Part shown: piece after piece, positions 50,610 through 63,167 of the stretch
Numbering within the stretch: position 1 is the first letter of the stretch
Layout of the letters: every line of letters starts with the position of its first letter
Origin: Callorhinchus milii
Taxonomy: Eukaryota
DNA: 64,000 nucleotides
Direction: 5' to 3'
Assembly (NCBI RefSeq): GCF_018977255.1
Contig: NW_024704743.1
Span: 4,776,001-4,840,000 of the forward strand
The notes under the pieces: model-generated
Databases searched by the model: none
Told to the model about the DNA's origin: nothing
Seen by the model: only the letters and a program-made list of their open reading frames with translations
Made by a program: the position numbers and the translations under genes

Positions 50610-52302
50610 AACAAGGCACCATCTTTCATTTTATTTGTTACAACTGAGTTGAGACGTATGCCAGTATAATGCATGTGTGTTATCCTTTTTTTTAAAAAAA
50701 AGATTAGACTCAACTATAGAAAATAGAAAATAGAAGCCAAAGCAGGAACGTTTGTGAGTTTACCACATTCTGGAGGAGTTCACACTAAAGATTTGATGCA
50801 AGGTTGTGAAACCCATCTTCCAACGTTTAGTCCGTCAGAATATCGGAGAATCCAAGCAGGACCCTCTCGGGCTGTCAACCAAGATAGACCCACCTCTCCA
50901 GATGGGAAGACGAACATTTCATAGTCCTTGCCAATTATTTTTATTATATATATTTATATATAAATAAACACCAAAAGTTAAACATTCAAAGTACATTTCT
51001 GAAATACATTTATTGCCCAATGTAAACACAGAAGATGACTTAATATATTGCCAGTAAGAAAAACTTTTTTTAAAAAAAGCCCAGAATTCGCCATGTCCTA
51101 ATTGAACTGCAATGCGATGCCACACTAAATGGATAAATGTGCAGTGGCTAAGCCTTACACCATGGAGTTACAAATGGCAACTGCATTAGCGATGAATCCA
51201 CTTCAATGCTTTTCGTCTAAAATGATCCAGAACAGATTAATTTAATGATAATTTAAACAAAATCAGGCCACAGTCATGTTTAACAGAGTGTTTATACTGC
51301 TTAACTGGAAGAAGGTGCAATGGTGTCACCGAGACATGGAAACAGAACAGTCAAAGTTACACGTGTCTTACTTTCATGCAGCTAATAGTAAAAGTTTAAA
51401 CAGCCTTTGGAATGATTCTATTTAATTTTTTTTTCCACTTTCTGCAATACCACAAACATTTACTGGTATGTGTTTTGTACCAGACACTCAGCAAGGTACA
51501 GACCCATCACAATCACAATGCCTTTTATAAATGGATTGACATGCAGTTACTTAATTCTGTCTACGGTGAGAAGGACTGTAAGCAAACAGGCAGCAACAGC
51601 TAATTACAATCCAAAACCTAACGGCTGCTGAGAAAAACTAAGTGCTTCGTTTTATTTATTTTATACAAAGTCAACTGCAAGACGGACAGCTACACAAGAT
51701 ATTCAGTGAACACTGATGCAGAAAGCAAAATTCACTGTAATTTTTCTGTTCATACCTACTGGTACATAAAGGTAGTATTTGGCAATTTTACATGCGTGTG
51801 GACTTATTTGGGTTAGGAAAAAAAGAAATGTGCAAATTACAAAACGAGAACTAAATGTTCATTCCATCTCTAAGGTCCAGCTCATTAGAAATCCCATTTC
51901 CCTGCTTTAATACATGATCAACATTCATTTTTTTTTAATAAAAGTAGCATACATAAGAAAAATATAAAAAAGCAGAGTTGGGAAATATTAAAAGTTAATT
52001 TTTTTTTAAAGCAGGTTTATTACCTGTCATGTCAACCCTGTCCCGAAGTACTGATCAAAACAATCACTTGGTGTAAAAGAACAAACACGAAACAAGTTAC
52101 CTGGTTAAAATTATTACAGGCCGAGACAGATCGGCGAACTGATTATAGTGAAAGGAAAAAAAAACTTAAGCGTTGTAGGTTAAAATGCTGGTGCAAATGG
52201 GAAGCAAAATTCACAGAAATGTGGCTCCAAAATAAAACCAGCACGGTCTGTGAAAAGGAAGCAATCCGCTTCTTGGTATGGCTGCGGAGGAAGAGAGCGC
52301 TC
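50610..52302 (-). other. ZMYND11: ZMYND11 3' UTR (up to about 1.7 kb) with several AATAAA signals
   Basis: Repeat-free AU-rich tract after TGA. Minus-strand AATAAA at 51651-51656, 51009-51014 and 50630-50635. Confidence 0.6.
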
Positions 52303-52461
<159 letters not shown>

Positions 52462-52604
52462 TTAAAATCCATTGCAACGCTGATTAATTGATTGGTGGAA
52501 TCCCCGTTTCGATTAAAGCACAGTTGCATCGCGAAAGGCTAAACCTTTCTTTTAAAAACTTTTTTTTTTTAAAAACCCTCCTTTTTAGTATGTTGAATGT
52601 CCAG

Positions 52605-52810
52605 ATCATCGTATCATCAACCTGTCCCATATCAACCTGTCCGCTCAGCAGGCTCCACCTCCACCGCCCGACCAGACGCGCCCCACCATCAGCTGCCCGG
52701 CCTTCAGCCTCTCTGCCCCCCACCTTTTGGAACTCCCTCCCTCGCCTCCTTCAAGTCACATCTCAAGACCCTTTTCTTCGACTGTGCCTTCGGTCACCCT
52801 CATAGCCCCA
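52605..52810 (+). mobile_element. L2 LINE fragment in the last ZMYND11 intron
   Basis: gccttcagcctctctgcccccaccttttggaactcc motif shared with the other L2 copies. Confidence 0.78.
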
Positions 52811-54184
52811 CCCGCCACCCACCCAACCCTCACAACCCGCTGTCACCAAGCATAAATATTATACACGTACAGATCACATTCATCAAAAGTAGTAACAAAA
52901 ACTGTGATTGACGCAGGGGATTGCCTTTAAGGACGACAAGTTTGTACAGTTAAAAAGGTGCGTGCACAAAACAAGCTGTGCGACTCAGGATCCGCAGAAA
53001 TAAATATACAACTTGCTTTTATATACAATACCGCCCTTCACATGGGGTAGCATCTCGGAGCATTTAATGTATAATTTTATCTGAACAATATTCAGATTAT
53101 AAATTACATCTGGGATATTTCTTTGAATTCCGGACTCGAGTTTCTCCAAGATTAGTTTTGGCAAATGTCAAATAGGTGTAAAGGTGTCGAGAGAAAAAAA
53201 ACACTTAAAAAAAAGGGAATAATCCTGAAAATGTTAAGAGGTGCATCGCAGGACATGTGCCACAAGAGGGCTCTCACACATAAATGATAAATAAGTGTGT
53301 TGAACGTGAATAGAGGCAAACGTCAGTGGAGCTCGACATTCCTTTCTAAATTAAAACACATTTTTCAGGTCCACCATTTTCTAGTAATAGTGAAATCTGC
53401 TTCACAAGTTTCCATCTGAGTATTTCAGCCAAAGCAATTGTGCAGCCATGAGGTTTTTACATGAAACATTTGCAATGTAAATCAATTTCACTCACAGCAA
53501 ACGTACCCATATACATATATATACATATATATATACACACATATTTTATATATATAATATATATATAAAAAAGAGTTCTGGACTGGAATTGAGGGTCTGT
53601 GGTTAATCACTTTTCCCATTCTTACACGTCTCCAGCCCGCGTCAAAGTGACAGGAGGAGACATCATGAAGTGTGGTCATTTGGGTAAGGTATTGGGAGTC
53701 TACCCCCGGGGCAGCGGAGACAAATATCGTCAGGAAAGGAGGGAGAGAGGGAGGGATTGGAAAAGCAGAACAAACATGTTCAAATGTTCTTGCGTGGTTG
53801 GAGAGGGTTCATGAAAAAAAAAGCGGTAAAACTTTCTCTCAATGATTGAATAAGAGGCAAAGAATCAGATGGTGGAGGAAGGACTGATTTTTGAAGGGTT
53901 ATATCCCCCAAGCTTACTTTCCTCCCTCCTAGCCCTGGGCAGAAGTTAGCTATTCAGAAGTGATAAACATAATCAACCAACAAGGGAAATTTTTGATGTG
54001 TAGGTGGCATACATATATGGCACTCTCGACCTGGTTTAAGCACTCTGAGACGCTACCCTGTATGAGTGGTAAGTTGTTGTTGTTGGACACTTTTAAACGT
54101 GGTGGTGGGTTTCTGCATGCGTCAAACATCCAACTGAATAAAATAAATCTTTTTTGAGACCAGTCGGCTTGGAAGATTACGTAC

Positions 54185-54370
54185 CCACTGCTTCTTTTTG
54201 GTCTGGGAGATGAACTGCTTGTGCTGTGAAGCCAGTTTTTTAATCTCTTCCATGAACTCTTCTTTGCACTTCTCCTTCACTTGCTTATACTTTCTGTCCA
54301 TCTCAGCCTGCATGTTGACCACAGTCTTGCTCACCGCTTGGCGCTTCTCTTCCTCCATCTCGCTGCGCAG
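54185..54370 (-). CDS. ZMYND11: ZMYND11 coding exon, coiled coil ([13 protein letters not shown]...ISQTKKKQW), 186 nt
   Basis: cttgcag acceptor, TGG|gtacgt donor. Lies within ORF 54122..54391. Confidence 0.96.
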
Positions 54371-55215
54371 CTGCAAGCAATCAATCAGCACAACTCAGTC
54401 AGGCTTAGGATGGAATGCGTATTAATGTTCAAAGCAGCCATTTGATTTTATGTCCTATGGGTGGCATCCTGCTTTATTGCCGTGTGTTACTCATGTAGCA
54501 AGTCATGGCAAAATTATCGGGAAGAAACACAACATGGGTACCAAATAAGAGGTCCTCGGGGTCTTAGAATAACCAGGAAAAATGTTAAAGTTAATGTTAA
54601 TGTTAAAGTTAAAAGTTAATGTTAAAGTAGAACCAGCGATTTTTAATTTCAAAATCAACGTGACATATTTCCATTTTTTNCACGTATAATAATGGAATTG
54701 GAAGTTGACCGTTATCCAAAAGCCCAGCACTTAGGTTTACAGAATCACTGACAAGCTATTCTGATCTTAGAAAACTGGTCTTGGCAGGACTAGGGGCAGA
54801 GTTTCTTCCCACTGATCTCCTGCGAACCAAAGCCCTAATGTGTATGGTTGTTCTAGCTGGACAGCATTTCAATGGCCAGCCATGTGGTTTTAAATGGTTA
54901 AAACTCCAGCCTTGCCTCTTGCCAACCTGTGCCTAATACTGCCAGGCAGCATTCGGCAAGCAGGGTGGGTCACTCTGGGAGAGAGGGCGCACTCGATTCC
55001 TGATGGGAATTTCTACGTTTGGTGCCGTTCATTGAACTCTCAGTCTAGTTTGGATACTCTTAAGCGTGGTGTAAGGAGATCGGAAGGGTTAATTGGTGAT
55101 CATAATTTTGCAAAAGTCAGATGTTCCGAGGACTGGCACAGCCTAAGGAGTAAACAACCGGTAAGGTGGCAAGTTTGGACGAAACAGCTGATAACAGATA
55201 AGTGACATGCGAGCA

Positions 55216-55275
55216 ATAAGCAGCTGTGACGTGATCACACCTGTGATAAGCAGCTGTAACGTGATCATATCTTTG
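55216..55275. repeat. 30-bp tandem duplication
   Basis: ataagcagctgtgacgtgatcacacctgtg followed by ataagcagctgtaacgtgatcatatctttg. Confidence 0.85.
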
Positions 55276-55690
55276 ACCATACATCAAGAAATGGCTGTTA
55301 TCAGTCTAGCATAAACTAACGCCCAGCACGCTGCTGTGTGACAAGAGACTATTAGACCGGTTTGGCGAGAAGGAGTCTGCAGAACACAGCTGAAGATGGA
55401 CCACTAGACCCTCGCTGAGGGTGCAATCTCTCCCAGAGAAGGTAATTGATCACTACCCAATTCTTGACGTTAGTTACTACTATATTAAGTACTTTAATAT
55501 AGCTTGTTGTGCTATGTCTGTTTGCATTGCTATGAAGCCTTGAATCACAACCATTAAATAGAGACTCATTTGATTTGAACCATTAATTGGCCGGTTATTG
55601 TCCTGCGGGGAATCTTCTGCACACTTCAGACAGACACCCAGTTGGCCGAACAAAAATATTTGCCCTGGAAGTAAATCTGAGACTGGTTAC

Positions 55691-55963
55691 CTTTTCGAGG
55701 GCTTCTCTCACAACTCGTTCAGTCTCTCGTTTGTGTTCCGCTTTCATCCGCTCCTTAAAATCGTTAAAAATTTTGGTGTACTTTTCGTGGCACATGTTTT
55801 GACAGGGGATGTCGTTGTTGGTCTGGGTGCCCCGGTGTAACATTCTCGGTGAGGAGGCACTTGACTTCTTGGTTTGGGTTGCAACAGAAAGCTTCTCAGG
55901 TTGGGGTGGCACTGTAGGTATTTCTTGGCTGGAACTGACAGCCTCAATTTCAGGTTCTGGTTC
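55691..55963 (-). CDS. ZMYND11: ZMYND11 coding exon ([17 protein letters not shown]...RVVREALEK), 273 nt
   Basis: cccgttttctag acceptor, AAG|gtaacc donor. Overlaps ORF 55595..55912. Confidence 0.96.
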
Positions 55964-56337
55964 CTAGAAAACGGGGGAAACAGAATCTTCTTAACAACTA
56001 TTCTTTCTCGCGACTTTGGAAATAAATTATCGACATGGGTGGTGGAGACAGATGAACTATAAAGGATCTCGGAAAGGCAGGTCCTATAAATTAAAAGAAC
56101 GAGTGAGTATTGTGATGCCCGCGCGTGTGTGAGTATATCCCAGTGTAAGAGTGAACGTGAGAGTGAGTTGAGTGAATGGATGAGTGCGAAGGGAAGAAAG
56201 GAACAAACATCTAGTCGAAGCAGGAAACGTGCAGATGGCTTGACTACAACTATCCATTACCAACATTCAGAACGGTTTGCCCTCGGTTACACAAACAGTT
56301 AAGCAAGCTCCATGGTGTATTCACCAGTATTTAAATA

Positions 56338-56871
56338 CAATGGAAGCTGCTTAAGCCGGACATATCGGGGCTGGACGTTTTGTCCGAACTAACCGGCGTC
56401 CGAGGATAACCTACGTTCTCTTATTACCTCTTCCCTTCCCGCTCAGCCATGTTGCCTTCCCTTCCATCGCCGTTCCCATTGGTCGCATTCCACCTCACTC
56501 TGTGGTGATCGACACCTCAGAGCCCCCGCTAATCGGTTCCCTTCCCAGTCACTGCCCCCACTTCCCCACACAGGTTGCCGCTGATTGACAGCCCAGAGCC
56601 GCCTGCAGGATGGAGTCCCGCGGTCGATTGATCGCGATTTGACTCCACCCGTCTCCGTCCCGGAAACGCTCGGGACTGAATTGCACAGAATTCACAGTGA
56701 GTTGAGGGCAGCGGCAACCACCAGCAAGAGCAGCATTTTGTTCGGATTCTCCAGGATTTTTGTCCAAATTAAAACCCGTCACATCTAAAATAGGTGAGAA
56801 TGCGAACGCATGGGGGCCGGGGGTTATATCCGATTTACCCGGAGTCCGAGGTTAAGCGGCTGTTTCCACTG
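56338..56871. mobile_element. Tigger/pogo-like non-autonomous DNA transposon relic
   Basis: Left end TA|CAATGGAAGCTGCTTAAGCCGGAC. Right end reverse complement CAGTGGAAACAGCCGCTTAACCTCGGAC. Subterminal tccga...aacc repeats. Confidence 0.6.
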
Positions 56872-57649
56872 TCTCAGGATATCAAAGGGGAGGAAAACCC
56901 ACACAAGAAGTTAAGATGACTTCAGAGCACTCCTTGTCCAAGTCAGTTTCTTTCTAACATGAGCAAACTTTGTTGATTTAGTTCTAGGGTTATGGCCAAA
57001 AACTATGTAAAAATAATATTAAAATATATAGCCAGGTTGGGCACGAGGGAGAGAGAGAGAGAGAGAGAGAAAGAGAGGGAGAGAGAACAGTGTGTCTCAC
57101 TAGGTTTTGAGCACTGCCCCTTTAATGCTAGGATCTCAAATCTGATTTCCGGCCAAACAGTTCACATGAAACAAACCTCTGTGTTGGCAATTGGACAAGA
57201 AAAAGGGTTCTATATGTTTTGTAGTAAATCAGACCGCCCAGAAACATAAGCACAATTCATATGAAAATTGTCTCACAGGATTCCCCAAGTTTCACAAATC
57301 TATATAAATCCTCCAGTGAGGGGAATTTTTCAAAAAAATCAAAAGCATACAAGTCACAGTGTAATTAACCATAACTATTTGAACAGTCTGCATGGTTTAA
57401 CCGAGCTATAGATATGAGTACAATCAGTAAAGGACATTGTTAAAGTTCAGATATTTTCGACTACGACTGATATTCTTCAATCCTCCCAGTACAATTTATG
57501 ACTGCATATTATGCCCGCATCAGAGCCTGCAGTTCTGAGCAATGCGTGTGACCTTCAACCAAAGAGGAAATATTTCAAACGCGAGAGGCCATATAACATA
57601 AGGTTGTCTTGCCCCAACGTTTTTTTTTGGTTAAGCGCTTTGTGCTTAC

Positions 57650-57718
57650 CTCATCTTTGGCTTCCGAATGTTGACTGCGTCTGGACTTCTTGTTCTTGGG
57701 TTCTTGTGTACTCTTTTG
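57650..57718 (-). CDS. ZMYND11: ZMYND11 coding exon (QKSTQEPKNKKSRRSQHSEAKDE), 69 nt, basic NLS-like
   Basis: tattttacag acceptor, GAG|gtaagc donor, phase 0/0. Position and length fit the short basic ZMYND11 exon. Confidence 0.9.
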
Positions 57719-57854
57719 CTGTAAAATACAACAAAGAGATTTGTGGTTTAGGATGTGGCACTGTAAGTAACCTGGATTGAAAAAAACACACTCTCACTGG
57801 GAAAGCAGCAACTTAAATGGCCCCTCGCACCTCTTTGGGATGCAAAGCAAGTGA

Positions 57855-58285
57855 GCCTGACTCAGTCGGCAGCATTCTTGCCTTTTGAGTCAAGCCCCCA
57901 CCAACTCCTGTCAGCACTTTGAATCCTTACAGTGTAAGCTGACACTCAATGTGGTGTGGTATGTGGGTGTACTGCATTTTTGGAGACGCCGTCTTTTGGA
58001 TGAGACTTTACACCCAGGAATCATCTACCTGGTCAGGTGGATGTTAAATATTCCACGGCACTACTGGAAAAGAGAAGGCAGCTTCCCCCACTGTCTTGGC
58101 CAATAATCCCCCTAATAAAATTAGTCAATTTGCCATGGCTGTCGTAGGACTTTATTATGCACAAATTGTCTGCCACCTTCACCTGTAAAATACTCAGTTA
58201 TTACACTTTACAGTATATCCTGTGAAGCTTTTTGACAAGCTCCCAACGTGAAAGGTGCTTGATTAAATAGAAGGCATGTTATTAT
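57855..58285 (+). mobile_element. Older DeuSINE-like element
   Basis: Head, gccgtcttttggatgagac core and hairpin-tail remnant. Confidence 0.7.
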
Positions 58286-59302
58286 TCATCTGCATTAGTC
58301 TCTAGGAACCACACAGAAATATCGCCAACCTGTGAGAACTGAGATCTGACTCAAGACATTGTCGGATCAAACATCCCGTGGGTCACTGTGACATAACATG
58401 AAGTTTCCTGGGGGAAGCACTTGACGCCCTGAGGAGAATTACCCAGAGAGAGGGACCATTTACACGAGCTGTGTTCCCGATGAGCAGTTTTTCGAGCCCC
58501 ATTGCTCTTGCAGTGCTTTTACTGCACAGCCTGTTTTTCAAACATTTCCGATATCTTGGGTGGGGAAAGGTAGAAGGTGGAATGACTCAGGAACCCAGAC
58601 GACTAGATTGTGGGCTTTGTGTAGGACTATTGACATTTTTATTTACAACAACTATTTTTCACTTGAAATGGGGACCACCTTTTAAAAAAAGAACGCCTTC
58701 AGGCCTTTCGATCGTTCATCCTCGTTCTCACGCCTCTGAACCCACTCAGCTCCCCCAGCTCTGGTGTGCAGTCAGCTCTATGAAGTGGTTTGAAACTACC
58801 CCCCACCTCCCCTATGTAAATGTTATTCATGATCATTGCAAACATCAGTGCAAAAGTACATCTTAAAAAAGCCAATTAATTGCCTTGCTGAAGCCCTCAC
58901 CAGCACTACAATTTTGTCTCCTGCCGCTACTGAGCCAGTAATTTTGCTATTGGCTTGAGAGTAAAATATCCTGTAGATTCACTCCTTAGTGACATGACTG
59001 CCAGCTGTTTTGTTGTGCTCAGAGCTTCGAATTTTTTTTCGCGAGTATTTTTAAGTTGATGTTACAAGGGATTTGTGAGAATACTGTGGGAGATGGTTTC
59101 GACGAGCGTAAACACAACTGGAGGCAATACTGTAAAAAGCCTTGTGATAACTCGGTACCAAGTCAATGAAATCACGACCAGCCTCATAACAGGGCACATT
59201 CACCAGTCAGGCCACCGCAGCATTGCCAAGTCACTGATTACACGGTCACTGCATGTGACGGCAGAAAACAGCCAACTTGCAGCACTAAAAAAAGGCCGAC
59301 TT

Positions 59303-59455
59303 GATGATCCAGAACTTTTTCTGGATCACAGCGACCGAGTCATTTTCTAGATCAGCATTTTAAACAAGCAATGATCAGTCTTTCTTTAGATCGCAACGAT
59401 CCAGTCTGTTTTCATAAGGATCCAGTGTTTTTTCTGGACCGCAACCATTCAGTCT
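59303..59455. repeat. Degenerate tandem repeat of about 25 bp
   Basis: Five or six units of gatccag...ttttctggatcgcaac-like sequence. Confidence 0.65.
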
Positions 59456-60217
59456 TTGCTAACACACGCAATCTGTGGTTCCACAGGGCACCCACACGCC
59501 AATTGGATTAAGAATCAGATTTTCTCAACTGCACAAATAAATATATATAGCTAAAATATATCTAGTTATTTCAGCATAAGGAATATTTTACATTTCCATT
59601 CTTGCTTTCTATTATCGAGCCGGCCTACGGGAATCGCTGGCCTAAGGGAAAAATCATTGGCCTGTGGGAATGTAGCAGGAATGGGCAAAGACAACTCATT
59701 TCCTTTATTGCGTCTTGTGGTATCTCACCAGTGGCCAAACAACGATCAGTCATTCACTTGGAGACTAACAACTTCCTCTTATAGAGTCAGCAAACAAGTG
59801 GAGTACAACACAATGTGTGCGGCAACAGCAAAGAAAGTTATTCTGGAAGCTTCTGGAAGTTATATTCATAGGATAGAGGATACTTCACAGGAAGTGAACG
59901 CCCAGCCTGATGTTCTGAGCAGCGCTCTGACACCAGTGCCAAGGAAGGACATCCCCAATACTGGAGAGGATGCAGGCAATTTAGTCTTAAAATTTACGAT
60001 TGTGCAGATAAAATTGGTCATTCACTTCTTGGCTATTTGTGGGACGTTGCTGTGCGTAAGATGCTGCTTTCATCTACAAAATGTAGCTTTTACACTATAC
60101 AGTAAATCCTACCAAAATGTTTGCGACATCTTCTCCACATAAAAGGTGCTCTATCAAATGCAAGGATTATAATTATTATTATTACTATTATAATTAGCGT
60201 TCAGGCTGCAAACCCAC

Positions 60218-60425
60218 CTGTTCGTTACTGGTGGAAGAGATGCTGGATTCTGCTTCTTCCTCAATTCGATCCTCCGCTCTACTCTTCCAGAATCGTCCTT
60301 CGTGGACAAAGCGCTGGTGTAGCTGAAGCTCATCGCATGCCTTCTTCCATCCTAGACTCCGCTTTACTGCCAGCTGGTGAACGTTAACATTAATGTCCTG
60401 GATGTTCTCTGATGGAATCCAGGCC
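60218..60425 (-). CDS. ZMYND11: ZMYND11 coding exon, end of PWWP domain ([33 protein letters not shown]...[11 protein letters not shown]), 208 nt
   Basis: ttgacag acceptor, CAG|gtgggt donor. Lies within ORF 60194..60451. I found no upstream exon inside the window. Confidence 0.96.
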
Positions 60426-62859
60426 CTGTCAACAAAGAGGCTCCAAGTCACAACTCATCTTTACTTCAACAAAGGGTAGCTAATGTCACATTAAGCTCAG
60501 AATTTAACCGCACCACAAAATTCGTCCTCATGATCGTAATGAATCATGCGGTATTCACACTAACAATGTGTTAATCTTACACATTTAAATCTTACGCATG
60601 CTGAAACAGAAAGGCGAGGTGGATATTTGCATCATCTACGGCTCTTACTCTCTTGGCAAGGACCTGGCCCCTGGCCTTCAGTCACGTCACAAGCAGAGGC
60701 CAAGGTCCTCCACCAGGCGGAATGAAAACGATGGAGAAAGTGGAGCAGAATTCACCTGCAGCTGCTCTTCCAATTCTCACAACAGACGGCTACAGAACAG
60801 TGAAGGCCTGCCAAGCAGAGTTTGTCAACGATATTGGAAGGAAGATGCTTTGAAAAGAGAAATATTAAGTGTACGGGGAGCGAACCCAATAGTGGGATTC
60901 GATTAGGCGACTCACGTGGTCAAAGCAAACAGGGCTTGATGGCTCCCATTTTTCTGGTGGAATGTTTTAGAATTCGATGTGCTACTGATTATTTTTGTTA
61001 AAAAAAAGAATAGAGTAAATTACATTTTGTACGTCACAAAAAATATTGCACGGAGATTTAGGTAGAAGACTTAATTAATGAAAGGCGATCTAAAGACGAC
61101 AAATTAGTTTTAGTCAAAACATTATGCCACGGCAAGTGCAGTAAAAAATGAACTGAGCTGCAGTTCTGATGAACAGTCACAGACAGAATATTAATATGGC
61201 TTTCGAATGCTTATTATTTCCAGCAATTTCTCTACTTGTAACACATTTCCAGCGTTTATGAATTTTGGTTTTCATTAAGATAAACAATGTTAGTCGTGAG
61301 AAAAAGAGCCATCTCCAATTTTCCTAATCTCCCGTCCTTTGGATGAAGCATTAAACTGAAATCCCTTCTGCCTGTTCAGGTCAACGTTAAAGATCCCATG
61401 GTACTACTCAAGAGAAGGGAGTTTTTCCCCAGTTTTCTGTCCAGCAATCCTTCAAATAAAATTGTCATTCACTTCATGGTTGTTTGTTAAATATTGTTGT
61501 TTACAAAATTGACCTCTGCATTTGCTTACAAAATGCACAATCAAAGAAATTTACAATGCAGGAGGCCATGTGGCCCATTGAGTCTGCACCAGCTCTCGGA
61601 GCAAGTTGGTCATTCAATCCCTGTGCCCTATCTCCATACCTTTTCAAGGTTTTATATACCTGTCTACTGCCACCTTGAAACCCACAATGGACCTTGCCTC
61701 CACCACCTTATTTGGTAGGGTATTCCATATCCCCAAACTCTCGCTCTTCTGTGACTATCTTATATTTATGGCCTCCAGTCACCATACCAATGGAAATAGT
61801 TTCTCTCCATTTTACTGTCAAAAACACTTCACAATCATTACAATTACAGTAAATCCTGCAAAGCGCTTTTTAACACTCCCAAGACATTATATTTGTGAGA
61901 GGTATTAGGTAAATGCAAGTTTCTGTCCCCTTGGCACAGAAGACACTCTATCAAATACAATTAGTATCATTATTATTTTGTGCATCCAATACCAGCATCA
62001 AGTAGTGTCCCTAAAGTTCCCTTTACTCCAGTCGCTTAAACTCTATCCAAGCAACGTGCCTCAATAGTAACACCAAAAGAACACCCTAACTGCATTTCAA
62101 TTTACATCAGCCACTCTGGAGCCTGAGAGACTGAAAATCAGAGGCATTCTGCGCTGTGAGTTCATGCCTACGCACTAGGAAATAGACTGGCACTGCCCAA
62201 ACTCACATTTTATTGAACTTGCCGAGAGGTTTGGAATCGAACTAAGATACCAGAGAAGCGAGTGTGTTCTCCTACTGAACCACCCAGTATTTCACAATCA
62301 TCACTGCAACATTTCATCACTAGGCTCTGCAGAACTAACACTGAAGCTTTCTGCAGAATTCCCTTTCTTACTGACTTCTTTTTTAAAAGCCAACTATTTG
62401 CTCCAGAGCAGTTTAAACAAAATTAGCAATGTAAGTCGCTGAAGGTTTGTGGCTGATATTGAACTTCGCACCTTTACGGAGGAGGAAAGCATCACGGTTA
62501 ATTTTTTTTCAATAGTTATATAGAATCTACATTGTGCCATAAACCTTGTTCACCTTTGTTCAATTCTCTCGACATTTATCTCAAAATTTGATCCCAAATC
62601 CTCCAAAATAAATGACCTTATTTTACAGGTTATTTTCTACAAATAAGCAATAAAATGTGTGTTATCTAATAATGATACGATATCTAATATAATCAGGATA
62701 TCAGAGTACTTCATATTAAGGGGCTATTGGAATACATGCTACATAATACTGGCAGTTAGGATTTAACAAATCAAATTGCTTAATGGACGTAACAAAGTTA
62801 TCTTATCAACAACCACAGACTTTTAATAAAACAATTCAAGCACAAGTTGGTGACTTATA

Positions 62860-63167
62860 ATTAATAATCCTTGCATTTGATATAGCGCTTTTCACGTCTT
62901 CTGGACATCTCAAAGCGTTTCACAGAATATACTGTAAAGTGAATTGACCGTATACTTGTGGACGAAACATGGCAGCCAATTGCGCACAGCAATGTCCCAC
63001 AAACAGTCGTAGATTGAAAATGACCAATTTATTATTGTTTTTGGTGGGATTATTATTAAGCTCTGTGTGGAGTAAGGAAACTTGCCCAAGGTTTCGCCCT
63101 GCCGGGAATTGAACCCAGGTGACTCGCTTGCAAGGCGAGTGCTCTAACCACTGAGCTACAGGACTCC
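62860..63167 (-). mobile_element. Full-length tRNA-derived SINE
   Basis: Same head, body and tail as 3534-3870, slightly more diverged. Confidence 0.88.

Noticed and set aside
54680..54680. Ambiguous base n (another at 63841)
   Set aside because: Assembly ambiguity next to homopolymers, not biology.
59303..59455. CRISPR-like repeat array
   Set aside because: Vertebrate intron with degenerate adjacent units and no unique constant-length spacers or cas genes.
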